A stretch of 64,000 nucleotides of DNA from Candidatus Bathyarchaeota archaeon. GTDB taxonomy: Archaea; Thermoproteota; Bathyarchaeia; 40CM-2-53-6. The translations under genes were made by a program, and so were the position numbers. The notes under the pieces are model-generated. The model searched no databases. It was not told the origin of the DNA and saw nothing but the letters and a program-made list of their open reading frames with translations. Below are positions 48,629-58,898 of the stretch, piece after piece; position 1 is the first letter of the stretch, and each line of letters begins with the position of its first letter. Where the stretch lies: the NCBI GenBank assembly GCA_963733055.1, contig CAVTBR010000003.1, forward strand, positions 1 through 64,000, in the 5' to 3' direction.

Positions 48629-49951
48629 TTGAAGATGACAGTTAAGACAATCAATCCGTACACCGAAAAAACATTGCACGAATACAGAGAAGATTCTATA
48701 GAAGACCTAAAATCCAAAATTGCGGGGTTGAGAAAGGCCCAGCAGCTTTGGAAGGTCGACCTCTCCGAGAGGCTCTCGAAGCTGCGAGAGGTTCGGAAAA
48801 GATTTGAAGCCAGCGCGAAAGAACTCGCCCAATTGATGAGCACTGAAATGGGGAAACCTGTAGCTCAAAGCGAGGCTGAGCTGAAGAAATGTATGTGGAC
48901 GATCGATTACATTGCAGAGAACGCGGAGGAAATGCTCGCACCAGAGCACGTAAAAACTGAGGCTAAGAAGAGCTACGTAAGATTCGACCCCCTCGGGGTA
49001 GTTTTCCTAATCATGCCATGGAATTTCCCTGCATGGCAATTCATCCGCGCCGCCATTCCAGCAATGGCAGCGGGCAACTCCATCCTTCTCAAACATGCAT
49101 CAATAGTCTCTGGAACCAGCCTTAAACTGCAAGACACAATCGGGTTGGACGTGTTCAAATCGACCGTTGCACGTGGACCCGTGGCGTTGGAGGCGATAAA
49201 ATATGCCGATGGGGTCTCTCTAACTGGGTCGACTGAAGTAGGCGAAATGGTAGCCGGAGAGGCGGGAAAGCAACTCAAGAAAGTTGTGCTGGAGCTAGGC
49301 GGATCTGACCCGTACATTATCCTCGACGGCTCAACCCTTGACCAGGCGGTCAAGAACTGCGTTTACGCACGAATGCAGAACAACGGTCAGTCGTGCATAG
49401 CCTCGAAGAGATTCATCGTTCACGAAAGCGTCTTCGACCAGTTCTACAAAGGGATGAAAGAAGAGTTCTCGAAGGTGAAGATCGGCGACCCCCTCGACAA
49501 TAACACATTCCTTGGTCCCCTCTCCAGCAAAGAGCAGAAGGAGATAGTAGCTGGACAAGTCAACAAGCTCAAGACCATGGGCCAGGTGGAAGAGTTAGCG
49601 CAAGGACTCAAAGGGAACTTCATACCTCCGACTATGGCGAGAGTCGAGCCGCTTTTCGATGAAGAAGTGTTCGGGCCAGTTGCAGTCCTTAAGAAATTCA
49701 AGACCACTAACGAGGCGGTTACCATAGCGAACGAAACACCATTCGGCCTAGGCGCATCCGTCTGGGGAGACGCAGAGGCAGCGGAGAAACTTGTACCCTC
49801 TATCGAAGCGGGCATGGTCTTCATAAACAAAGTCGTCGCGTCAGACCCACGCCTACCCTTTGGTGGAGTGAAAAAGAGCGGCATAGGGAGCGAACTCTCC
49901 CGCTACGGGTTACTTGAATTCACATCCAAGAGAACAATCTGGGTAAACTAG
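48629..49951 (+). CDS. NAD(P)-dependent aldehyde dehydrogenase (succinate-semialdehyde dehydrogenase-like)
   Basis: MPWNFP, LELGGSDP, GQSCIA, EEVFGP and PFGGVKKSG motifs. Confidence 0.88.
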   Translation: MKMTVKTINPYTEKTLHEYREDSIEDLKSKIAGLRKAQQLWKVDLSERLSKLREVRKRFEASAKELAQLMSTEMGKPVAQSEAELKKCMWTIDYIAENAEEMLAPEHVKTEAKKSYVRFDPLGVVFLIMPWNFPAWQFIRAAIPAMAAGNSILLKHASIVSGTSLKLQDTIGLDVFKSTVARGPVALEAIKYADGVSLTGSTEVGEMVAGEAGKQLKKVVLELGGSDPYIILDGSTLDQAVKNCVYARMQNNGQSCIASKRFIVHESVFDQFYKGMKEEFSKVKIGDPLDNNTFLGPLSSKEQKEIVAGQVNKLKTMGQVEELAQGLKGNFIPPTMARVEPLFDEEVFGPVAVLKKFKTTNEAVTIANETPFGLGASVWGDAEAAEKLVPSIEAGMVFINKVVASDPRLPFGGVKKSGIGSELSRYGLLEFTSKRTIWVN

Positions 49952-50079
49952 CCGAAAAAACCTCAACCCCGCTGGTTATCGGCCAACTACCCGCCCTAAC
50001 TATCGGTCAATCAGCGCTGAGCATAATTTAACTAACTATCCCATTCAAACGCTGTCCACAGGTTAGTGTCGCGATCTCA

Positions 50080-51075
50080 TTGTACTGTTTAGGGATAGAG
50101 TCGACTGCCCACACGTTTGGCGCGAGTGTCGTCACGGAGGGGGGTCAGATTCTCTCGGATGTTCGAGATGTTTACGTTTCTGCTCCTGGGACAGGAATCC
50201 ATCCGCGAGAAGCCGCCGAGCACCATAGTATGGTCGCCGCGAAAGTGGTTTCAGGTGGGCTTGGCAATGCTGGCGTTAAGGCTTCCGAACTTGCCGGAGT
50301 TGCCGTGGCGTTAGGTCCTGGGCTAGGTCCGTGCTTAAGGGTTGGAGCAACGGTCGCAAGATCAATCGCCTCATTCTTCAAGATCCCTCTGATCCCTGTC
50401 AACCATGCCATCGGGCATATCGAGATCGGCACCCTGACCACGGGAGCGAAGGATCCATTGGTCGTGTTGGTCTCAGGGGGTCATACCGCGATCGCTGCCT
50501 TCTCTGGTGGGAGATGGCGGATATTCGGCGAAACGGAGGACATCACCCTCGGAAACCTGTACGACATGTTCGCGAGAGAAATCAATCTGCCCTCACCTGC
50601 TGGGCGTGAGATCGAAAAACTGGCGGCAAAATCAGAGAATTTCATTTCTCTCCCCTATGTCGTGAAAGGAAACGATGTTTCATACTCCGGTTTGTTAACG
50701 GCTTCTCTCGCGAAACTCAAGGCTGGAGCTTCTCTTGAAGATGTATGTTATTCCATGCAAGAAGTGTCATGTTCGATGCTGGCTGAAGCCGTGGAGAGAA
50801 GCCTTGCGTATACCGCCAAGAAGGAAGTACTCTTAACTGGAGGAGTTGCGGCGAATAGGACGCTTCAGAAGAAGCTTTCAGACGTTGCAGGCTTACATGA
50901 AGCTACGCCCCACGTCGTTAATCAAGCGTACACTGGAGATTGCGGACCACAAATCGCGTGGACAGGCATGCTCGCGTTGCAATCTGGTGTAACGATAGCC
51001 ATTGCCGAATCGCGGGTAAGGCCCAGATGGAGGCTAGAGGACGTTGACGTCGTCTGGAGAAGAGAGGCTCCCTAA
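50080..51075 (+). CDS. kae1: KEOPS t6A synthase Kae1
   Basis: GIESTAH, GIHPRE, NHAIGH, VSGGHT and GGVAAN motifs. Confidence 0.95.
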   Translation: MYCLGIESTAHTFGASVVTEGGQILSDVRDVYVSAPGTGIHPREAAEHHSMVAAKVVSGGLGNAGVKASELAGVAVALGPGLGPCLRVGATVARSIASFFKIPLIPVNHAIGHIEIGTLTTGAKDPLVVLVSGGHTAIAAFSGGRWRIFGETEDITLGNLYDMFAREINLPSPAGREIEKLAAKSENFISLPYVVKGNDVSYSGLLTASLAKLKAGASLEDVCYSMQEVSCSMLAEAVERSLAYTAKKEVLLTGGVAANRTLQKKLSDVAGLHEATPHVVNQAYTGDCGPQIAWTGMLALQSGVTIAIAESRVRPRWRLEDVDVVWRREAP

Positions 51076-51703
51076 ACTAATCTACAAGGGTGCCGAGGCC
51101 GAGATCTACTTGGAAAACTGGTGTGGATCCACGGCAGTCAGAAAAACTCGGATCCCGAAGCCATATCGCGTCCCCCAGTTAGACGCAACAATCCGTCGGG
51201 GTAGAACGATTCATGAAACGAACCTCATGCATGAGGTAAGGAAGCTTGGCGTCCCCGTTCCGACAATCCAGCACATCGATACAGAAAACTCCTCATTCAT
51301 CATGGATTACGTAAAGGGAGACACGCTAAAGGAACAGCTGTACGCACTCTCGCCGGACATGAGACACAGACAATGCAGTCAACTGGGACGAATGGTCGCT
51401 TTAATTCATGAAGGCGGCATAGTACACGGCGACCTAACAATCTCTAACGTCTTGTGCACCGACAACAAATTATTCTTGATCGATTTTGGTCTGGGTGACT
51501 TTTCAACAGAACTTGAAGACCGTGGAGTCGATCTGCTTCTCCTCAGCCGCGCCATGAAAAGCACTCACATCAAATTTCACGAAGAAATCTTCAGCGCATT
51601 TCTACATGGCTATTCCGCAACGGCCGGAAAGAGACTGAGCATCGAATCACTTAACAAGATGCGAGAGATCGAAAGACGAGGCAGATACTTTGAGAGAGCA
51701 TAA
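51044..51703 (+). CDS. bud32: KEOPS kinase Bud32
   Basis: KGAEA, HGDLT, IDFGL, EDRGVDL and RGRY motifs. Confidence 0.94.
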   Translation: MTSSGEERLPKLIYKGAEAEIYLENWCGSTAVRKTRIPKPYRVPQLDATIRRGRTIHETNLMHEVRKLGVPVPTIQHIDTENSSFIMDYVKGDTLKEQLYALSPDMRHRQCSQLGRMVALIHEGGIVHGDLTISNVLCTDNKLFLIDFGLGDFSTELEDRGVDLLLLSRAMKSTHIKFHEEIFSAFLHGYSATAGKRLSIESLNKMREIERRGRYFERA

Positions 51704-52289
51704 ACCAACTATCTACTTTGCAACCGGAAACAAGGGTAAATTTGTTGAAGCGGCTCTTATAGCGAAAGTCTTTGGAATAACGCTCAAACAGATGAAGGAC
51801 GAAAAGATCGAGATCCAATCCGACGAACTCGAGGACATAGCGTCATTCGCGGCCAAATGCGCATCCGAGACAAGGCGACGCTCCGTTGTTGCAGAAGACG
51901 CAGGCTTATTCGTAAACAGTCTACGAGGCTTCCCGGGACCATACTCCGCCTACGTGTTCAGAACCTTAGGGACTAATGGAGTGCTGAACCTTATGAAAGG
52001 TGCGAGGGACAGACGCGCTTCCTTCCGCGCTGTGGTATCATACGCTAGACCGAAGTACCCTCCCGTAAGCTTCGACGGCGAAGTAATGGGCATCATCACT
52101 CGCAAATCACGGGGTACTCTGGGATTTGGATTTGACCCCATCTTCTCTCCCGTTCAGGGCGATGGACGAACATTCGCTCAAATGGATACGCTGGAGAAGA
52201 ACCTCCTGTCTCACAGAGCAAAGGCGTTCGTGAAATTCTTCACATGGCTCTCAATGAACGAAGGTTCTTCGCCTAGACAAGTTAAATAA
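51690..52289 (+). CDS. rdgB: non-canonical purine NTP pyrophosphatase (HAM1/RdgB)
   Basis: ATGNKGK, EDAGL, FPGPYS, FGFDPIF and SHR motifs. Confidence 0.93.
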   Translation: MREHKPTIYFATGNKGKFVEAALIAKVFGITLKQMKDEKIEIQSDELEDIASFAAKCASETRRRSVVAEDAGLFVNSLRGFPGPYSAYVFRTLGTNGVLNLMKGARDRRASFRAVVSYARPKYPPVSFDGEVMGIITRKSRGTLGFGFDPIFSPVQGDGRTFAQMDTLEKNLLSHRAKAFVKFFTWLSMNEGSSPRQVK

Positions 52290-52338
52290 CCGAGAGCCAA
52301 AGACTAAGTCGAATTTCCAAATTGGAGCGTGCGCACTA

Positions 52339-52788
52339 ACGGCTAGACTATACACAAGCAAGCGGGGCAAGTCAGGGTCTACGCGACCAATTAGCAAGAA
52401 AACGCCTTCGTGGGTCAAGTATACGCCAGACGAGGTTGAGTCATTAGTCCTCAAGCTTTCCCGGGAAGGCAATACAGCGAGTACGATTGGCGTTTTGATG
52501 CGTGACCGATATGGAGTACCCTTAGTGAAATCGATCACGGGAAAGAATGTTCAGGAAATACTGAAACCTGGTCGACAGGCCGGAACCCTCCCAGAAGATT
52601 TGAGCGCGCTGCTCAAGAAGGCTGACGACCTGAGACGTCACCTAGAGAAGAATCGGAAAGATCACGTAAACAAACGTTCTCTCGCAATGATCGAATCCAA
52701 GATTCACAGGCTAGAGAAGTATTACAGGGTTAAAGGGCAACTCAGCCCAGAATGGCATTACAAACATGTCGTCGCGTCAGTGGCATAA
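52339..52788 (+). CDS. rps15: 30S ribosomal protein uS15 (S15/S13e), apparent ACG start
   Basis: (ACG)ARLYTSKRGKSGSTRP...RDRYGVP...PEDL...IESKIHRLEKYY. Confidence 0.92.
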   Translation, partial: TARLYTSKRGKSGSTRPISKKTPSWVKYTPDEVESLVLKLSREGNTASTIGVLMRDRYGVPLVKSITGKNVQEILKPGRQAGTLPEDLSALLKKADDLRRHLEKNRKDHVNKRSLAMIESKIHRLEKYYRVKGQLSPEWHYKHVVASVA

Positions 52789-52791
52789 TAA

Positions 52792-54236
52792 ATGCCTGGG
52801 GACGGACAACGAGGCGCTTTCCTTGAACGCGCAAAAGAAGCCTGCGGAAGTAATTAGGAAACACCTACAAGCGGACTCAACTTTTACAGCAATATCCCAT
52901 AACGATGCAGACGGCCTCTCTTCGGCCGGCATCATCGGCGCTGCTCTTACACGCGCCTCCGCTCGCTACAAGGTACGAATAGTAGAAGAGCTTCGCGAGG
53001 ACATTATTGACGAAATATCCGCTGGGAAACCTGACATCGTAATCTTCACGGACATTGGTAGCGGCTATTCGGAACTCGTAAACTCACGTCTTGAGGCCAA
53101 AGAAGTAGTCATTTTAGACCACCACCCACCCGACGGCAAGGCGGGACCGAAGATTGCTCAACTAAATCCACATGAATTCGGAATCGACGGCGCAACCAAG
53201 ATCAGCGCAGCGGGGGTAACATACTTGGTCGCGAGAGAGCTCGACGAAGGGAACAAAGACCTCAGCACACTCGGGATCGTAGGAGCGCTGGGTGACATGC
53301 AAGATAAGAACGAACGGAGAGCACTCGCAGGCCTCAACCAACTCCTGGTTGATGATGCCGTGTCATCCGGGAATGCGAAGGTTGACTCCGACCTCGTTGT
53401 GTATGGCAGAGAAACTCGCCCAATATACCGCGCCCTAGCCTATACGACCTCGCCCTACCTCCCAAACCTAAGCGGTCGGGAAGATAACTGCCTCCTGCTA
53501 CTATCGAAGGCGGGGATTCCTGTAAAGGAAGGGGACCGCTTCAGAACCGCTGCCGACCTCTCGCAGGAAGAGAAACAGAAACTCCTCAACGGCATAATTG
53601 CCTACCTTACATCCCAAGGCTTCCCCTCAAACGTAGTGCTCGATATGGTGGGGACCGTATACACATTCATCAACGAACCGCAGGGAAGTCCGACTAGAGA
53701 TGCACGAGAATTCTCCGCCCTGCTGAAACGCGTGTGGAAGAACAGGCAACCCTTCAATAGGTATTAGCATTGGACTAGGGGATCGAAATACCGCCCTAAC
53801 CGAAGCCACCGAAGTCGTCGCCACCTACCGGAAGACTTTGGCCACCTACATGGAGTGGTTAACAAAATCTCCGGATGCAATCCAGAAATTCAAGATAATC
53901 TGGGCTATCCGAGGGGAGAACCAGATACAAGAGAGCATGACCGGAGCCTTCTCATCGATCATATCCTCAGCGGGTAATCTGACTCCGGATCACGCTATAA
54001 TCGTCGTAACCAGAGCAAAGGATGGCGGAATCAAACTCTCAGCAAGAGCTCCCGCGAAACTGCTAGCCATGGGCATGAACCTTGGCGCAGCGCTGAACAG
54101 CACGGCGAAGAAGTACGCTGGCATCGGAGGAGGACATAACGTGGCAGCTGGCGCCCACATCAAGACAGATGACCCAGTTCCATTCCTTGAAGAACTCGAT
54201 CAAGCCCTCCTCGCGCAGCTGAAGACAAATGTATGA
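52792..54236 (+). CDS. recJ: RecJ/Cdc45-like DHH nuclease (GAN); two 1-nt insertions near 52841 and 53727
   Basis: SHNDADG, LDHH, GDMQD, DAREFSALLNACGR (after correction) and GGGHNVAAGA; conserved rps15-recJ-pcc1-rps3ae order. Confidence 0.88.
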
Positions 54237-54477
54237 AACAGAAATTCGCATCCAATACTCATCAGCAATCTTCGCCAAAGCCGTGAAGAAGGCGTTATCC
54301 CCTGACGACAACATACCAAACAACAAATTGATCATATCGACAAGTGCAAACGGTCCAGTGCTCTCTGTTCGAATCAAGGGATGTCAGAAAATCGAAACGA
54401 TGCAACAAACCCTGCAAGATATCTTTCGCTGCATTCAAGCAACTGAGACATCACTGAAGAAAATTGGAAACCCCTAA
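54229..54477 (+). CDS. pcc1: KEOPS subunit Pcc1
   Basis: AVKKALSPDD; size and synteny fit. Confidence 0.75.
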   Translation: MYETEIRIQYSSAIFAKAVKKALSPDDNIPNNKLIISTSANGPVLSVRIKGCQKIETMQQTLQDIFRCIQATETSLKKIGNP

Positions 54478-54557
54478 CCACCGCTCGCTAGCTATGAACG
54501 CTTTAAATAAGGCACAAACGGTACGTTGCCAAAATCTGAAGTCCGAGTGGAAGACTA

Positions 54558-55196
54558 TTGTCCAAAGCCTCGAAAAAAGTCAGAGACAAGTGGCGATTGA
54601 AGGAATGGTACGATGTCTACACCCCACCCTACTTTGGAGAAAACGTTGTCGCCAGCATACCCTGTGAGCTCCCCACAGCTGTAATCGGCCGCGTAGTCGA
54701 AACAACGTTGTATGATATTACAAACGATTTTGCTCACCAATCGATCAAACTGTACTTTCTGGTCGTCAATACGAAGGAGCATAGGGCTGATACGATACTG
54801 AAATCGCACGAGTACGCCACCGATTATCTAAGAAGCCTTGTGAGGCGCGGAAGTACTCGAATGGACGGCATCTTCAACGCAACTACAAAGGACCAATACT
54901 CGACACGGATTTCAGTGGTTGCGTTCACGCGTGATAGAATCAATGCGTCACAGGAACACGGTGTCCGCCAAATTATGCGCCAGATTGTTGAAGAGAAGGC
55001 TAACACTCTGAATTACGATCAATTATCGCAAGAAGTCGTTCTGGGCAAACTTGGATCAGATATTTACAATCTTGCGAAGAAGATCGCCCCGCTCAGGCAT
55101 GTGGGGGTAAGGAAATCAAGAGTCCTTTCGATACCGCCTGGAGTCATGGCTACCCCCGCCCAAGTCATGGAACAGGCCAAGGCTGCAGCAGCCTGA
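54558..55196 (+). CDS. rps3ae: 30S ribosomal protein eS1 (S3Ae)
   Basis: DKWRLKEWY, GRVVETTL, DYLRSLVRR and KKIAPLR. Confidence 0.96.
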   Translation: MSKASKKVRDKWRLKEWYDVYTPPYFGENVVASIPCELPTAVIGRVVETTLYDITNDFAHQSIKLYFLVVNTKEHRADTILKSHEYATDYLRSLVRRGSTRMDGIFNATTKDQYSTRISVVAFTRDRINASQEHGVRQIMRQIVEEKANTLNYDQLSQEVVLGKLGSDIYNLAKKIAPLRHVGVRKSRVLSIPPGVMATPAQVMEQAKAAAA

Positions 55197-55206
55197 TCCA
55201 AGTCGA

Positions 55207-55479
55207 TCAATGCGTCGAGCGCTTGTACATTCGTCTGATTTCCTCATGGATCGCGTCGAGTTCGCGACGGAGCTCGACAGCTTTAGCTTTTGAACCAGGA
55301 TCTTTCGCGCTATCGGGCGAAGATAGGTTGGCGCCGAAAGTGTCGATCTCCCGAGCCAGATGTCGGATGCGCTCCTGCAGATCAGCTGTCTTCTCAAGGC
55401 TGTAAAGAGTCCCGGCGAGTGCACCGGTGAGACCGCCCGCAGCAATTCCGGCAAGGAAAGAGAGAACATCAAATGCCAT
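55207..55479 (-). CDS. small membrane-anchored coiled-coil protein
   Basis: FLAGIAAGGLTGALAG followed by a coiled coil. Confidence 0.6.
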   Translation of the reverse strand: MAFDVLSFLAGIAAGGLTGALAGTLYSLEKTADLQERIRHLAREIDTFGANLSSPDSAKDPGSKAKAVELRRELDAIHEEIRRMYKRSTH

Positions 55480-55589
55480 GCCTAGACCACAACATCCAGC
55501 AAACCTTGCCATGCATACTCCAATTTAAAACGCTCAGGAATACAATTACGAGGGATGAGGGTGTTGGTCTGGAAGATCGGTGAGAGAAT

Positions 55590-56888
55590 GTGAAAGCGGT
55601 TGTTCTAGCGGCAGGGGAAGGAACTCGCATGTGGCCTCTTGCCACTACCAAACCCAAGCATCTTCTCTCCATAGCGGGGCGGCCGATTATCGGATTCGTT
55701 CTTAAAGCGATCTCAGAGAACCGGATTAAGGATGTCTTGTTGGTTGTCGGTTTCAAGGGAGAGTTGATGCAGGATGTTCTCGGCGACGGGGGGACCTACG
55801 GGTTAAACATCGAATACCTACGTCAACGCGATTGGACTGGGACGGCGTCGGCGTTAAGAGTTGCTCGCGACGCGGTGGGCACCGAGCCCTTTCTCGCCAT
55901 ATATGGAGATTTGTGGGCAAACGCAACAAGTATTGGCGGTGTTGTCGAGAAGGCTCGAGAATGCTCAAGGGTTATGGGGGTCGTGCAGATGCCGAACCCC
56001 TCGGAATACGGGGTTGTCGAGCTGAAAGGCGATAGAGTTGTAAGAGTTCAAGAGAAACCCGCGAAGAGGACAACGGTGGAGGCGTGGGTAAACGCCGGAA
56101 TATACGTTCTAGACGATCAAGTATTCCGTGCGATTGAAGAAACGTCGTGGTCGAAAAGGAACGAATACGAGCTAACCACCTCGTTACAACGGTTGATCGA
56201 TAATGGACAAGACATCAAGGCGGCGACAATCGATCGAGAAGATTGGATGGATGTGGGTAGGCCGTGGGATCTTCTCGAAGCGAATGAAAGAACGCTAATG
56301 AATTTCACCCCCAGAGTTCGCGGAGTTGTCGAACCAGGGTCAACGATGAAAGGGCCTATTTGCCTTGAAGAGTCGGCCACGATCAAATCAGGGTCCTACA
56401 TTGAAGGGCCTGTATACATTGGCGAAAGAAGCAGGGTCGGTCCGAACGCAAGAATTAGACCTTGCACGAGCATCGGAGAGGACGTTGTAATCGGAGCCTC
56501 CTGTGAGATCAAGAATAGTGTGATCATGAACGGCACTAAGATTCCACACCTCTCCTATGTTGGCGACAGTGTGATTGGCGAGAACTGTAACATTGCCGCC
56601 GGGACGATAACAGCAAACATACGTCTGGACGAACAACCAATCATGGTGAGCGTGAAGGGACGGACGCTAAGTTCGGGGAGGAAGAAACTCGGGACGATTA
56701 TGGGAGACCAGTCGCAAACCGGAATTAATACGAATATCATGCCGGGAGTCAAAATTGGCCCCTTTGCACACGTTGGTCCGGGAGTCACTGTATACGAGGA
56801 CGTGCCGACGGAGCATGCGGTTTTCGTGAGGCAGACACTTATCAGTAAACTGATGAAGAAACGCGGCATAAGGAAGCGTCACGCTTAG
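55590..56888 (+). CDS. glmU: bifunctional sugar-1-phosphate nucleotidyltransferase/acetyltransferase
   Basis: LAAGEGTRM, EKP, hexapeptide repeats and HLSYVGDS. Confidence 0.9.
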   Translation: MKAVVLAAGEGTRMWPLATTKPKHLLSIAGRPIIGFVLKAISENRIKDVLLVVGFKGELMQDVLGDGGTYGLNIEYLRQRDWTGTASALRVARDAVGTEPFLAIYGDLWANATSIGGVVEKARECSRVMGVVQMPNPSEYGVVELKGDRVVRVQEKPAKRTTVEAWVNAGIYVLDDQVFRAIEETSWSKRNEYELTTSLQRLIDNGQDIKAATIDREDWMDVGRPWDLLEANERTLMNFTPRVRGVVEPGSTMKGPICLEESATIKSGSYIEGPVYIGERSRVGPNARIRPCTSIGEDVVIGASCEIKNSVIMNGTKIPHLSYVGDSVIGENCNIAAGTITANIRLDEQPIMVSVKGRTLSSGRKKLGTIMGDQSQTGINTNIMPGVKIGPFAHVGPGVTVYEDVPTEHAVFVRQTLISKLMKKRGIRKRHA

Positions 56889-58096
56889 GCGTGTCTTTTT
56901 GTGCTCGTTATCGAGACGACATCTCTATCCTTCAATACGTAGTCATCGGCGAGCCGCATCTTTGACCTTGCTTCAGTAGCGTAAAGGAAACCTTCGGCTA
57001 AGTCGGAATGTATCATTGAAGCGAATTGTTTCGCTGTCGTTCCGTAAGGAACCAGGTAGGCGTCGGGTAGGACCCTGCCCTTATGGTCAGTCAGTTTCTC
57101 GGGGTCTTCAACGGGGTATATTGTTATCATTTGCAGAAGTTTGAAGAACGCTAAGTTGAGGGATTCTTGGACTCCTGTCGAACCAAATGGAAGGAGAACT
57201 TTTTCTTTTATCCGTGTCAACGCATTCAACTGGTCTGTATTCGGCGGATTCTTTTCGTTCACTTTGAAGTTGCTGTCTCCGGGGAGGTAGGTTACGATAC
57301 CTTTCTCAGCGGCACGTCTTAGGGCTAGCTCGGCTTCCGCACAGCAGGGCACCACCATGTGGCCCAGATCGCTCAAGGATTTCAGGTTGTTTTCGGCTGG
57401 GGGGACATCCATTTTGTTTGCTGCAATTAGGAGCGGTTTCGATTTGCTGCGCAGTTCACTGACCAAACGCAAAATGTCATCATCGGACCAGGAGCTGGGT
57501 TTCTCGAAGTTCAGGCTGGTCTTCCCTTTCGCCGAGATTAAATGGTCCCTGCGTATTCCGAGGCCGCTTAGTTTGTCTTCGAGGATTGTTATGAGGTCTT
57601 CCTTAGGGCCTTCGACTCGTCTAACAGCACGATCCCATTCCTTCTTGATGATTTGCAGAAGCCACATATCCAGTTCATGTTCAAGAAATCGAACGTCTTC
57701 CCGCGGGTTGTGTGTGCCCGCGTCGCATGTTTTTCCCTCGGAATCCGTTGAACCCGACGCATCGACGACGTGGATGAGGGCGTCGGCTTGTCGTATCTCA
57801 TCTAGAAACTGATTTCCGAGGCCTCGGCCCTGCCAAGCCCCTGGAACAAGTCCAGCACAATCAACAATCTCAACCGGCACGAGTCTAATTCCATCGATAC
57901 ACGTGGAATTGCCAGGCGTGTCCGTTACATTGAACTCTCGACAGACACATGGCGTTCGAACGTATCCCATCCCAATGTTTGGTTTGATCGTGGTGAAAGG
58001 GTAGTTTGCGATGGCTACGTGCGCTAGAGTGGCAGCGCTGAAGAATGTGCTCTTTCCGACGTTAGGTTTTCCTACAACACCCACTATGCGCGGCAA
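56885..58096 (-). CDS. ychF: YchF/OLA1-family ATPase
   Basis: GKPNVGKST, ANYPFTT, GLGNQFL and a C-terminal TGS domain. Confidence 0.93.
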   Translation of the reverse strand: MPRIVGVVGKPNVGKSTFFSAATLAHVAIANYPFTTIKPNIGMGYVRTPCVCREFNVTDTPGNSTCIDGIRLVPVEIVDCAGLVPGAWQGRGLGNQFLDEIRQADALIHVVDASGSTDSEGKTCDAGTHNPREDVRFLEHELDMWLLQIIKKEWDRAVRRVEGPKEDLITILEDKLSGLGIRRDHLISAKGKTSLNFEKPSSWSDDDILRLVSELRSKSKPLLIAANKMDVPPAENNLKSLSDLGHMVVPCCAEAELALRRAAEKGIVTYLPGDSNFKVNEKNPPNTDQLNALTRIKEKVLLPFGSTGVQESLNLAFFKLLQMITIYPVEDPEKLTDHKGRVLPDAYLVPYGTTAKQFASMIHSDLAEGFLYATEARSKMRLADDYVLKDRDVVSITSTKRHA

Positions 58097-58115
58097 ATCA
58101 TATTTTCCTACAACA

Positions 58116-58805
58116 TCAACCCTTGTTGACTGGGATCCCGGTGATTCGTATTCCTGCGGCGTTTACTTTGTATCGAATGTTTATTCCAATTAGAAGGGCC
58201 GTGATCTGTTCGACGATTCGAGAGTTCTCTAAGCGTCCTCCATCAACCGCTCTGACTCCAGGTATTTTCGTTGCGAGTTCCATTACCGACTTTCGTGTCT
58301 CCTGAGAATCCCCACAAACGATAACGTCTGAATCCACATTCTTTCCGATGTCTTGAAGGGCTTCGGCGACCACGTTGTGGAATGCAGAAGCAACCTTCGT
58401 GTGAGGAGGAAGTAATCTTGCCGCCTGTTGCGCTGCCGAGCCTTCCCAAACTCCGAGGGCGGTAGAAGCGGACCCTCCAACGGCCGTTGTGAGTGGAACG
58501 ACGACGTCGACGAAGATATCGTCCAGTTGAATGCTGTCGTGTACTGATTTGATCATATCCACGTGAGCCGCGAAGGGGACGGACATTACTATAATATCAG
58601 CCGCAGCGGCCGCCTTAGGATTTTCCATGCCCGAGACGTTCGCCTTCTCCCCTAGAGCAGTCCTAGCTTTCTTGGCTGCGTCTTCAGCTTTTTGCAATTG
58701 CCTCGATCCTATAATTACCTTCTCACCGGCCTTAGCCCAACGTAAAACTAAACCGAATCCTTGATCTCCTGTTCCGCCTATCACCGCAATAGTGCGTTCG
58801 GTCAT
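58116..58805 (-). CDS. npdG: F420-dependent NADP oxidoreductase
   Basis: IGGTGDQGFGL, GSAAQ, SAFHN and LIGINIRY motifs. Confidence 0.9.
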   Translation of the reverse strand: MTERTIAVIGGTGDQGFGLVLRWAKAGEKVIIGSRQLQKAEDAAKKARTALGEKANVSGMENPKAAAAADIIVMSVPFAAHVDMIKSVHDSIQLDDIFVDVVVPLTTAVGGSASTALGVWEGSAAQQAARLLPPHTKVASAFHNVVAEALQDIGKNVDSDVIVCGDSQETRKSVMELATKIPGVRAVDGGRLENSRIVEQITALLIGINIRYKVNAAGIRITGIPVNKG

Positions 58806-58898
58806 GTTACAGTCCTTCAAAATCGTGCCCAAAGGAATTCGCAATTAAAGGCTGACTGTTCAAGCCCATTCTTGAATATCCTGGCAAGGTGCCTCGAT

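Noticed and set aside
52792-54236. RecJ/GAN breaks as further mRNA introns or programmed frameshifts
   Set aside because: Both are single extra bases in short runs (GCCT, GAAAC) with no BHB or slippery heptamer; most likely sequencing errors.
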